DNA from: Catajapyx aquilonaris
Taxonomy: Eukaryota
Direction of reading: 5' to 3'
Assembly (NCBI GenBank): GCA_000934665.2
Contig: JYFJ02001605.1
Span: forward strand, 54,944 to 74,943
DNA length: 20,000 bases
Made by a program: the position numbers and the translations under genes. Positions 1 to 11,093 of the stretch are shown piece by piece; within the stretch, counting starts at the first letter, position 1, and the number at the start of each line of letters is the position of its first letter. The notes beneath the pieces were generated by a model. That model saw only the letters and a program-made list of their open reading frames with translations. It was not told where the DNA came from and made no database searches.

Positions 1-500
1 TCAGCTAAGTGCCAACACGGCTGCTTAATGCCGCTTGGGGAAAAGAGCGGTACGATGCTGCATTGTAGTTACTAAAGGAAAACAAGCACTGATGTTTGGT
101 TACCTGGGAAAATCAGATGGTTAGTAATCAATTATTTTCATGGAGGTAGGCTACTTGGTATTGTCCAAAACGGATAAGATTTCCTTATCGTGGTCCGGAG
201 CCCTCATCCGCAGAACGCAGAAATCGGATTATCGGAATCCTATTGCGTGCTATGAAAGGCATATCCCAAAGTCCGTCTGGTTGGCCGCTGCTGCTGTGAT
301 GGAAATGCGGTTCTATACTCAGGGTCTTAACTCTGGTCCAGAGAGGAGCGCTGATCTCCAGAATTACGGGAGACCCACGTCTAATTGGTTACAAATCGCA
401 CTAATTTCCAGCACCGCGCCGGGCCATGGTGCCATTTGAAAATGTCCCCCGTCGCCTGACACGGCTCACATTATGTTCCGTCCGGTACAAATTGCCGCCC

Positions 501-521
501 CTTGTTCCGGCCCGGAACAAG
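501..521. repeat. Short perfect palindrome (10-bp arms, 1-nt centre)
   Basis: CTTGTTCCGG-C-CCGGAACAAG; a related ATGTTCCGTCCGGTACAA lies just upstream (473-490). Confidence 0.7.
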
Positions 522-2348
522 CCGGCCCCAAAAAACGCACAAACATATACAGCACCAGGCAAGCCTCAGGGGGCAAACATCCACCAAAAAAAATAGGGGA
601 GAGAATTAAATAGTAAAGTGGATGTTGTGAGACGTGAAGCAGAACTGAACGGGCTAATTGCTGTTACATAACGGGACGCAAGTTACACCACTATAAAAAA
701 ACACTGACCTTTATTTTCGGTGAAATTGGATATTTATGCGATAAACCAATCCGCTTTCTTTTGATTCTTTTCTCTCTTGGAAACAAGAAATCGAACCGGG
801 CTTAAAGAGCTGGAACCGGCGCTGCTGGGGAGGGGCATGCAAAAGCGGCTCAAATCAAGCTTGGAAGCTGTTCGATTAGTCTGTGGGATCAATGAAGCAG
901 GAAGGAGCCGTTTGTGTAAAATATAATTGGGGCACAATTCTGTGTGAAAGGCGAGTCGGGGTCATATAGTAATGAAGTGTCGTAAATAATATAGGGGTTC
1001 CGGGAAATCGGATTTAGTTGGATTATCATGATGTAATGAAGGTGACGTAAGACAAGTGGAAAGGGGGATGTTATTGCCACTTACCATTAACTGCCAAGGG
1101 ACAAAGTGCGGCAATACAACTCTAATCTCGTGCCTTTCTCGCGTATGCACATACACTCACAAAAAAAAAGGTGGGGCAAAAAAAATTGTAACGGTATAGT
1201 GCTTGACCACCAAAAAATTTGCGTGGCTATTTTCGTCCCTGTTTTGCACCTTCATGGTCTTCATATCCGGATTAGGTACATGTGCATAGATGGAGATTCG
1301 CCTCACGAGCAATGAGATTTTCATCATTTTGTAAAGGCCATGTTCAAGTATTTTTGGCCGAGTTTTTGAATGAGCTAGAAAAATCTTGATTATGGAATTT
1401 GGCGTCGTATTAATGAATGCTGGTTTTAAAAAAAAACTAACACGGGCAATAATCTGGTTAAAAGTTGTTAGCACGTTCAGTATCAACTTTCCGTTTCGAC
1501 GATTTTGTAATCACAGGCCATAGAGTTGTGCAATTTTCACGGATGACAACTTAATTTTGCAGTAGGCAGTGCGTTATTTAATGAAAGCAATATAAGCTCG
1601 CTTGCAGTATATGAAACCACTCTCACTTTTTAGTACCCGCGAATGATTTGCAAATAAGGTATACAATGAAAGGAAAATAGAATTACAAATATGCAAGCTG
1701 CATTTAGTCACTGGCACAGTTTTTTTAAAAAATGCGCTTGGACGTAAAACGGCAATATTTTTTCACGTTGTAGGTGTGCCTTTTGGGTCGGGCTGTTTAT
1801 GAATGCATTATCATTCCCACATGTGCATGCACCGCGTTTCATGTCATATGCCTTATTTTTCAAACTGCAAGGCTTGTTTCGACACCTCCGCCTGAATTAA
1901 AACAGAATAATCAGAATATGAAATGCGCTTCTTGTGCTGCCCAACACCACACATATATGTTTCATGATGTTCACATATTATGTTCCCCGGAAAGCCCAAA
2001 TTAATTTTTCTTCAGGTACAAAAAAAATATGAAAAGTACACTTTAAGCCAAAATACGGTCCAAAGTGTGAAACTTCAAGATTTGGCCATAAATGTCCCCA
2101 TAACCCGTGCCTGTCTGCTTGATTCGCGACTGACGTAAGGTAGTAAGTGAGTGAAGGAAAGAATCTTGGTAGAGTTCCAAAGGCTGACTTTCGAGATCAT
2201 GGTCCCGCTCCTTATTCCCACCCACCCACCTTTCTTCCCCACCGAAGGAAGGATTGGAATGGGGGAAACTGGGGCTTCTGGAGCTGTTGTTTGTTATGTC
2301 CCTGGAATTCTTTGGTTGGCTACTGGAAGCAGGTAGCCATCCAGCCAG

Positions 2349-2385
2349 TATAAAAGGTGGTCACTCGCCCTAACAGATCACAGTC
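2349..2385 (+). promoter_or_regulatory. Core promoter of the cuticular protein gene: TATA box and Inr-like cap site
   Basis: TATAAAA at 2349-2355 (gTATAAAAgg) followed ~30 nt later by ATCACAGTC (2377-2385), resembling the arthropod TCAGT initiator; ATG at 2447. Confidence 0.8.
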
Positions 2386-2446
2386 CAGTTTCGGAGCTCA
2401 ACTTCTCTTCTTATCACAGCTCGTTACCTAGTCCAACCCGCCAAAC

Positions 2447-2461
2447 ATGCAGGCCGCTAAG
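2447..2461 (+). CDS. Cuticular protein coding exon 1 (MQAAK)
   Basis: ATG in CAAAC context ~90 nt after the TATA box; donor AAG|gtagat, phase 0. A tiny first coding exon is typical of insect CPR genes. Confidence 0.88.
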
Positions 2462-3708
2462 GTAGATTAACTTTCAATTAAGTGCTGTTTTTTTCAATAA
2501 GTGTTAGTGACTATACATATTTGGTTTCTAGCTGCTCATTGTCCTCCTTGGCCTCGTGGCCCTCTCTTCTGCCGTACCCGTGAAGGTCTACGATTACTAC
2601 GTAAGTATCGACCCTCCCTTGTGACGTTACCTTCCCAAAAATTTTTATTCTGCTGCATTCACTTAGAGTTGGGAGTTGGGGGGTCTAGAGAGGGGGGGCT
2701 ACCTCCTCCCTGCTCTCTATAATAGATGGTCCTTTGCACCACATTCTGTGGGGGTCACGACCGCTTTGCATGTCGGGACTTGGGGGTGGGGATTGAGGGG
2801 CTAAACCTTCCAGGATCTTGTAATTCCTCCCCCTTTGGGCCCCGTGAGAAGAGCCGCACCTGACGCTTTTCTTGACGTGGGGATTTATTTTCACGAGCTA
2901 CTAGGGGAGGTAGAGAGGATGGAAAATAAGCGGAGTTAGCCTCTGTGAAGCAACCAGCCTAAATCACATTGTTACATATAGAGGATGGCCAGCTATCTCA
3001 CGAATATTTTGATCAGAGTCACCTGAGCGAAAGTGTCCAAAATTTCGGCCTAACTAACCGAGGAAAGCACTTTCGCGGTTCCTTCCCAAAAGACTAGGAG
3101 GGACCACGGGAGTGCCGGAAGTTTTCGTAACAAAGTGGAAGAAAGAAACCGAAAGGGACGTACTTGTTTCCTTTTTTTTTTCACGTAGCTAGGGATAAAA
3201 ATGAGGCGGTTGCGGTCGGTGGCGGGAAGGAAGGAAACCGGAGGGAGGGAAGGGCGGGGAGGGAAGAAAGTCGTGAACTTGTCCCTGGAGAGAGTTGGTT
3301 TTGTGGGAGGTCGGGGTAGAAGGAGTGAAAGTGGGTGAGGAAGGAAGAGTCAACACAAGCGTTTTTTTGCAGTCGGTACCTCACTACTCGTACAAGTACG
3401 GAGTTGAGGATAAGCATACCGGAGATAAGAAGACAGCATGGGAGACCAGGGAAGGCAAGGTGACCAAGGGAGCTTACAGCCTGGTTGAGCCTGATGGCAC
3501 CATCCGTGTTGTTGAGTACCATGATGATGGACACAGTGGATTCAACGCCGTCGTCAAGAAGATCGGACATGCCCACCATCCTTCTCACGGACATCACCAT
3601 GAGTGAGTATTACCTGACCACAGCATTGTTGGACCAAATTGCTGAACCGTGTTCTTGTTTAGTGGCGGTGCCGGTGGTGGATTCGGTGGATTCGATGGTG
3701 GATTCTAA
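2447..3708 (+). CDS. RR-2 family cuticular protein (CPR, Chitin_bind_4), spliced CDS join(2447..2461,2532..2600,3373..3602,3663..3708), 119 aa
   Basis: Manual splicing through three GT-AG introns (2462-2531, 2601-3372, 3603-3662) gives [119 protein letters not shown]. It has a hydrophobic signal peptide (likely cleavage SSA|VP), a DYY..P.Y motif and the RR-2 consensus G.YSL.EPDG..R.V.Y..D...GFNAVV. ATG context is CAAACATG. Confidence 0.92.
2532..2600 (+). CDS. Cuticular protein coding exon 2 (signal peptide core to DYY)
   Basis: Acceptor tttctag| at 2531, 23 codons [23 protein letters not shown], donor |gtaagt at 2601. Confidence 0.92.
3373..3602 (+). CDS. Cuticular protein coding exon 3 (RR-2 chitin-binding domain plus His-rich segment)
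   Basis: Acceptor tttttttgcag| at 3372; RR-2 domain approx. 3385-3555; donor GA|gtgagt at 3603. If unspliced, the frame stops at TGA 3604-3606 (ORF track 3295..3606). Confidence 0.95.
3663..3708 (+). CDS. Cuticular protein coding exon 4 (Gly-rich tail (D)[14 protein letters not shown])
   Basis: Acceptor ttcttgtttag| at 3662; phase-2 join GA+T restores the frame and gives GGF repeats ending at TAA 3706-3708. Confidence 0.8.
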
Positions 3709-3863
3709 ACCAGCTAAGCTCGACATCTGGACCTCTGCTCATCACCTGATCACCTCTTCTCTTCTGTTGCGCCCTCCTGCTGTTCCTACACATCATCAAC
3801 TAAGAAACAAAAATCTACAAAAAAATGTATAAAATTATATAAATATGAGCCAAAGTATTAAGT

Positions 3864-3900
3864 ATTAAAAATATTGAAAAAATAACTATTTTGTGTTATG
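3864..3900 (+). terminator. Putative polyadenylation signal and downstream GT/T-rich element
   Basis: ATTAAA at 3864-3869 in an AT-rich 3' UTR, followed by ttttgtgttatg at 3889-3900. Confidence 0.5.
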
Positions 3901-6900
3901 CTATTCCGGCCATGTGTGACCTGCTTCCCCGTTTACAGCTGATTAACACATTAGAAACTTTCGTGCACTTTCATTTTCTGATTCATCGACTATTATACGG
4001 TAGCAAATTAATTCCCCCCTCAAATTGCCTAGGCTGTTATGACCACGCTTTTTGTGCAATGTGGATGATTATTATTTTGCACCGGTACATTGATCGAGGA
4101 GGGAAATAATTTGAGAACGCACGAGCTACTGGACTCGGCAAAAATGACCTTTACGCGCCATTAATAACTAATAGGATGGTGCGAAATGGGAAAAGTGGCG
4201 ACAGCTTCATTCCAGAGAGGAAATAGCACATTGTGTGTCGCCGCATAGACCCATTTACATTATTCAAGTTTTCTGTGGCAGGGTTACCTCCTCCCCGTTC
4301 CAAATTTTATCCGCACTATTTTTTATTCCGAATCTACTCCCAATTTTTTAAATAGGATAGTGCTTGGCTCACTGATACATAGATTAGAGCCAGGACTGGC
4401 TTAACCTCTTCCGCCCAAAGAATGAGATCATATCGACTAATCGAAATGAATGCAGGTGACGCCAAAATAAATGAAAAGAGTAGCAGAAAAAAGTGATCGA
4501 ATATAAAAAAAACTTGGCTGTGGAACAATCCCTGGCGTCCGGAATGCAAATTGGAAATTCCCACAAGATCCCGGAATTTTTCAAGCAACACGAGTTGGCA
4601 ATAAAGCCCTTTTAAATAATGGCAAACGCGGAGAGATGATTTGCAAATGGCAAATTGAATACCAGAAATCCTTCGGGCATTATTACCTTTGGTGGGAAGT
4701 ATGGTTGAAAAAAAAGTACTAGACTGCGGCACAGAAAAGCATATCATTCGTTGCAACCCCTGTAGTGAATCCCATATTTTGTTGATGGCTAGAGTGTACG
4801 TATGCGCAACTGAATTAGCAGTTTGGCGTACCAGTTAAAATTTGCAGGGTTCATGCAGAGTTCAGTGCAGCACAATTACGCAAACATCCCTTTGACTTTT
4901 TATTGGCACAGAGAATATTTTACATAGCAGAGTGTTTCAAGCCAATGAAGGATACATCAGCACTGATGTCACTCGCAGTAATTACTGCCGTGTTATTTTT
5001 TTAAAGACCACTGTTGCGATTCACAATTGCTTCAAAAGTAAACAGCAAGCTATCAGAGATTTTGCAATGCAATATAAATTAGCTCCAGATTGTGGCTGGT
5101 ATGAGCCTTGCTCATTGATCACCTGTGCTAGCGCAATTTCTGCCATGTTCAGGTATTTTCATATAAAAAATTTAATCGCAAAATCTCTTGCTTCTTGAGC
5201 CAGCGCAACAAGATGGTTTAAGAGCGGAGCTTCCAGGGAGTTGAAGAGATGAAACATTCAGTGGCCGCCATAACAAGCAACCTAATTTCTGCTCCCCGTA
5301 TTGAATAATAGTGAAAGGTATGAAGCGGGCGGCAAAGTGAGCAAAGTTTTCGACTAATATTTCAAACCAGAGTTACCTCAAGAAAAGCCATCCTCTTCCA
5401 TATGCATGCAAAGCCTGGAATTTCCAACCCAAATCAATTAACCAAAAATGACGCTAATTTCCAAACAAAACATATTGACGCTGAAATTTGCAGCTACCAT
5501 GGTGCAAAGCTCGAGGGTGGAAAAATGGTCCAGGAATGAAATATAAATGAGCCATAGGAAGTATGTACGTAATTTTTTATTTCCTTCCCTTTTGCTGTCC
5601 CAATGTCCAAATGAATTCCCACTGGTCTGATGGTAGACGGTCAAAGGAGCAATTATTCAGGAGAATGTTTGCTGCTGAAATTTGTATCCGTTTGGGTGGC
5701 GGCCTGGACCAGAAAGTGTTCAATTATCCAGATGCGTATGTCCCGCTGTCCCGCCAACATTTTCCTTCCCTTTTTTTGTCCAGAGTTCAATTTTAATCGG
5801 GACTGGGTGGTGGTACTGGTGGAAAGAGGCAGGCGATGGTGTGTGGTAGGGTGAGGGTATAGAGTGGTGGTTGGGAAATTGAAACTTTGATACGGGGAGC
5901 CTACATGAAGGCCCACGCGCCAATAAATATAATGTGGTATGAAGCTTTCACATTTTATAGCCCCTGGTATTAGCGTAGATCGGCCATTATTTGCCGCGTA
6001 AATTAGCCTTTGTAAAAACGCACTCTCGCTCCTACTGGTGCTTGGAAGCCCCCTGGCTTAATATGCGGGTCACTTCTCTTATTTTCTTGGCCCGGGTTCA
6101 TTTCCGACCCCGACTGCTCCTCAGTTCTTGCTCCTGCGGACAACGGTGTTTGCCATGGAAGTCAGGGCTAGCCTTGCCCAGTTTGAACAGTTAGTGACTT
6201 TAGTTATTCCGAGCAGCACTGGAGAGATGTGATTGGACATCGTGTCACAGTGCTGGGTCCGACCCGGAATCGAATAGATCAAGAAGTGTGGCTCTTTCGA
6301 AGGCACAGTTTGCTCGTGAAGGTGTTGAAGCTCACAGAAAATATCATTTAGTGATCTGTTGAATATGATTACAATTTTTAAAATGCTAAAATGGTGCTAA
6401 AATCCAATTTAAAACAAAAGTGGGATTCGTCACATTCAAATAAACAGCTTAAATATTCACGAAGAAGAAATTTTAGAATTCATCATTTTCGCCCCCAAAA
6501 ATATTTTAGCTCTGTATTTAATATACAGCAATAACATGGGACACCAGATTTGTCAACAAAATTGTGGATGGGAATGTGTGACTTACTCCACTAACGTATA
6601 CTGTAGGTGTATACATTATTTGCAACATCAGCTCCTGTCAGCTTGACATTATCAATAATGCTGTTTCGAACGAAACGCCTATAGTTGCGTGATTTAGTTA
6701 TCAAATAATTATGCGAAAGAGGTCACTCAAAAGAGTCAGCGGTGCATATATAGAGTTACAACTGCACCGGTTGTGTCGGACGGCAAGTTGGAACAGACAC
6801 AGGTGACTTGCAGGCATTGAAAATGAATGGTAACTGTCCCAGAGAATTACTGATCTAACAGACTCGTAACTTTGGGATCTGTCGTGATTGACTCGACATA

Positions 6901-9900
6901 ACAATTGTTTTATTGGCCTTCTAAATTAACAGCTGCCATTTTAGATCCGGAAATGGAATACTGATCACATGATTGATCAATTCAGGGTTTGGTTAGCACC
7001 TAACTGACCATATTTAATCGGCCACAAAGGGTGTTAAACCGTAGTTCAAACTGTCAAAAATTATGCGGCAGCTGCAGGGGCAACTGAGGCTGCCTGAAAA
7101 ATTCTGCGGCTGCTAGTGTTCACACCAAAATGGTTTCATTTGACATTATTAATTATTAGAAGTAATGATTAACTGTGACGTTTTAACTATAGTCAGACTT
7201 CTCCAGGTATGTTTTTTTTATTTTTTTTAAAAAATCCCCTGTCCATTCCCCCAACTTTGACTCGTGTGTCAAATCCGGCAGGATGCTTTCCAGGCTGAGA
7301 GGGTCCAAAACAAGCTGCATAAGCCTGTGGTGACATGACGTGGGCAGGTTATGCGGCGCAGTTTCAGGCTATACGTAATGGACGTTGGCGGAAAGCCTGG
7401 TAGGCCATTAGCGGATAAGCAGCACGGTTCTGGAGAGGAAAAGTGTGGCCGCTGGGGAGAGGTCATCGGAATGGTGCAGCTCGACTAATACATCAGATGG
7501 CGAACAAAAGGAGGCAGGGAATCCCCCGGATGCTGCCTCCGCCGTTTATTACTGGGCCCTACCTCGGATGCGGCCATCTCTCACGTTTTATTTGGGGGCT
7601 CCCCTTTTATTCCCAACCCGGAGGTCCACGACTGACCTGCCTCCCAGCCATGTCTCTTGGTATGCGCTGATGGCCTCTCTTGAAAATTCCCTGCACCACC
7701 TGTATATTTATATGGCTAGTGCTGCAGCTTAGGAGCATCCTTTAGGCTTGCAGCTGCAGTACCCCCCTATGGTTGACACACGGACAGTCACACGATCCTT
7801 TGATCAGTGCACGGCGGTGCACAGTCAACAACAGCCCAGTTTCATCAGCAAATATTTGCACGGCCCCCTGTGGAAAGAGAGAGCCGATGCTGCCCAACAC
7901 CTAGTCTCTTCTGACAGTTCCTGATGTGCTGTTGCTGCAGGAGGGACATTGGGGGACTCTATGGAGAGAGAGGGGGGGGGGTTACACGTGTGTGCGCATT
8001 AACTTGTCCCCAGCGACACATAGCCAAGGCTTTTGTGGGTACGCAACCAGCATGACCGATACCATAAAATTGCCCAGATAAACATACGCCAGGCATTAAA
8101 TGGGCAGTAAACTGAATATCACTGATTTGGACATCTTTATGAGGGATGAGTGTCGGTGGTTGGTTGGTGGTTGGGGAGGTAACAGAACCAGGGGGGAGGG
8201 ATATATGTAATAGAGTAGGGACATTCTTCTCTTTTCGTTGTGTCTATTTTAGCGCTTGGAATTGGCGGCAGTTGGCCGTTCATTGATTAGCTTCATAGTC
8301 ATATCGATTGGCTTTTTAATGTGATTAAATTACGTAAATGTATTCGCTGTGTTGTGTAAATTGGAGAGAAGAGAGGGTGGGGAAGGGGCGGGGAGAGAGT
8401 TTTAACACTATTGTCCGCTGCACTCGAAATAATGACATCGCCCGGAATAAAATGTTCATCACAACTCAGTGACGGACTGAGAATTTTTCCACTCTGACGC
8501 GTTTTCACAGAATGGGGTCTTCTCATCTCAGGCAGTGTTTGAACTGGGTTTTGTCCATGCAGGTAGATGCAGTAAACATCCGAATGTTACAGGGCTGCAT
8601 ATTTTTTTCATGCCCTCCTCGCTCCACCCCCTTGGGCCTTTCAAATTTCCCGCCCGTCGGCAACTGCATACAATGTCTATTGGTAAATCCGTCACTGTCA
8701 CAACTGATGCAATAGCCTGCAAGTTATAATTTCGCTTCCTGCTCTTGCCTGATGCTCATGCACCAGGCAACCAGAAGAGATTGGGACATTCTATTCCTAC
8801 CTCCCACTCAGAATTCACAGTACAAACTGTCAGACGTGAAACCAATCTCGGCATAATTTCGTGTGACGTCACATGAGACAAGCTGCAACTGCTCGCGACA
8901 AATTTGATGCACTAGTTCGGAAAAGTTTGAGGGGGAAAGGATCATGAAAATATAATGTCAGAAGATTTGTTGCAAGTGTTGGTCACGCACATTTTTGTGT
9001 CAGAAGACAAATCAGCACACTTGTGACCAGGGCAAAGGAAATTCGGTGAGGTCTACATATCCGGATTTTTAAATACATGTTTTTCACCTGAATTTACTTG
9101 TAAAACTGTTTGCGCACAGTTGGCTGGCACACTTTCATTTTAGAGGACATTGTGAAACATGTGGAAAATACTGACTGCAGTAGTATTATATCGTGTTTTA
9201 GAATGGAGCACACATTCATGAAATTTCGAGAACCCTCGTCATTGTGAACTAAACGTCAAGTTTGGCCTGGAATAATACATACTGTTGGAAAGCCCATTAT
9301 ATGAACGTTTCAGCGGTGTAAGCCATACATGTAAATCACTGCCACACTTCAAATGAGGCGACAGGAATAAGTGAGAATGAGCAGCCATGAAATATTTATT
9401 GATACCGTTGCAAGGCCTAAATTCTGAAACATGTTTTGTATTAGTGGTGATCCCGGGTGACCCAGCATAGAGCAGTTAATGAAAAGTATATATGCCTTTT
9501 GCAGTGTGAAAATAAGCGATTATTCTTTATCTCTCAACATTACATTTAACCACTGGAACTGTAAACTCGCTTAAATACTGTACAATGTCAATCATGAAAA
9601 GCAATTGCTCACTATATCCTCCTAGACTATGGGGAGATTATTTTGTGTCGAACTGTCCTGCTTAGTACCTATTGTACTTTATGAAGTTATTGAACAAAAA
9701 GAGAGGGGGAGTTTTTTTTGTGTGTATGACCTCCAAACACATGGAACAACCGTTCAATTAGAAGTCTGTTGTTACGAGGATAATGAATTTGCATATTCTA
9801 TGAACATGAAATTAATTGGACATGCAGTATGATTACCTTTTTGCTACACTTAATTTGTCAGCTGAATTCATGAACGAACCTTCTCAGCTGCGGCGTATAC

Positions 9901-10952
9901 AGTAGCCAATGTCTTTTGGACATGCAACACCCTAAGAACAGGTATCTGCAGCGAGGTGTATAAGTAATATGAGTAAATGTACATCTTGCCCGCACCACCG
10001 TGATCTCAAGTAATAATTAGTTTGCAAACGACATTAGTGTAATGGTACGTGTAATGACGCACTACTGGCTCTAGTGGCGTGACGCGACTAATTTGAGTAC
10101 ATTCTCATTTAATTATGGTAACGCATTCGTTATTCTGATTTCTCACAGGTGAAATTCCGTCGTTACTGTCATATGTAATTATTCTGCAATTATATTACAC
10201 TGTATGTTCAACCACCACGTCGATGTAATGGCATTGCGCAATGTGAACTATTAGTTGAAGGTGCGGCTTGACATGCAATATAACGACAGGAATGCGTACT
10301 ATTTATCGCTTGAATCGTATAACCCGTTTATAGGAAAATGTGACAAAATGCCTTTATATAAACCTCTATTAAAATCTGCCTAAATCATAACAAATTCCAC
10401 AAGTTCATAATTAATCTGGTGAGCACATATCCTCTCTCAAACCGGATATAACTAATCACAAAACTGCTTAATAACCTATCAATTATGAGGATCGTGTCAA
10501 CTATTTCGTCGCAACCCCTCGTATTTAAGGACGAGGCAAAAGTGTGGAAACAACGTAAAAACATAAGTTTCTGGAGTATGTGGGCTCATCGGAGGATTTG
10601 GCGAGGGTGAAGCGGCGTGTCTGTCGCCGAGTGCGCTTAATTTGTGAAAATGTGCGAGTGGAAGTAATTCGAGCTCAAAGGGGTTGCAGTGAAGCAAGGC
10701 TAGCTGGGAGAAGGCTCGGGCATGCAACTTTGTTAATGAAAACAGAAGGTAATGATGTAGAACATGCAAGACAAGGCTGTTGAAGGGAGATAGGGCTTGG
10801 CATCAGAAAAAGCCACACGGTTCCACTGTAAGTTCCACCCCACATTGTACGACATCCTGACTTGTTTATACACAAGAAAAAAATTTGCATGCACTGCCTG
10901 TCACAGTTGGATAGAGAGATATCCTGCACCTTTTGTACTTTATACACTGCTA

Positions 10953-11093
10953 CAGTCCGTTAAGCGAAAGAACGATCTGACGTCACGTTCAGCCCCGCCT
11001 CCACCCCCAGAATCGCTCTGCAAGAATACTACTGCGCATGCTCAGAAAACACGGATTACGTGACGTCGGATCGTTCTTTCGCTTAAAGGACTG
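10953..11093. mobile_element. MITE (141 bp) with 36-bp terminal inverted repeats and TA flanks
   Basis: Left arm CAGTCCGTTAAGCGAAAGAACGATCTGACGTCACGT (10953-10988) is the reverse complement of 11058-11093 with 2 mismatches; TA at 10951-10952 and 11094-11095. Confidence 0.85.

Noticed and set aside
734..1156. In-frame minus ORF pair with SLIPQTNR, faintly like the LINE ORF2 C-terminus (SFIPRT.R.WN)
   Set aside because: Only one weak motif; cannot be supported without a profile search.
3295..3372. N-terminal part of ORF 3295..3606 (MVLWEVG...FLQ)
   Set aside because: Intronic read-through from a non-ATG start; the real N-terminus comes from exons 1-2.
3181..3600. 139-aa minus-strand ORF
   Set aside because: Antisense shadow of the cuticle protein exon 3 and the purine-rich intron; no independent gene signals.
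3485..3832. 115-aa overlapping plus-strand ORF
   Set aside because: Alternative frame over exon 3, intron 3, exon 4 and the UTR; no recognizable protein features.
4334..4756. 140-aa hydrophobic minus-strand ORF
   Set aside because: Phe/Leu/Ile richness follows from A-runs on the plus strand; no domain or splice support.
5990..6350. Faint resemblance of minus-strand translations to a Penelope-like RT C-terminus
   Set aside because: Too few conserved residues; could easily be chance.
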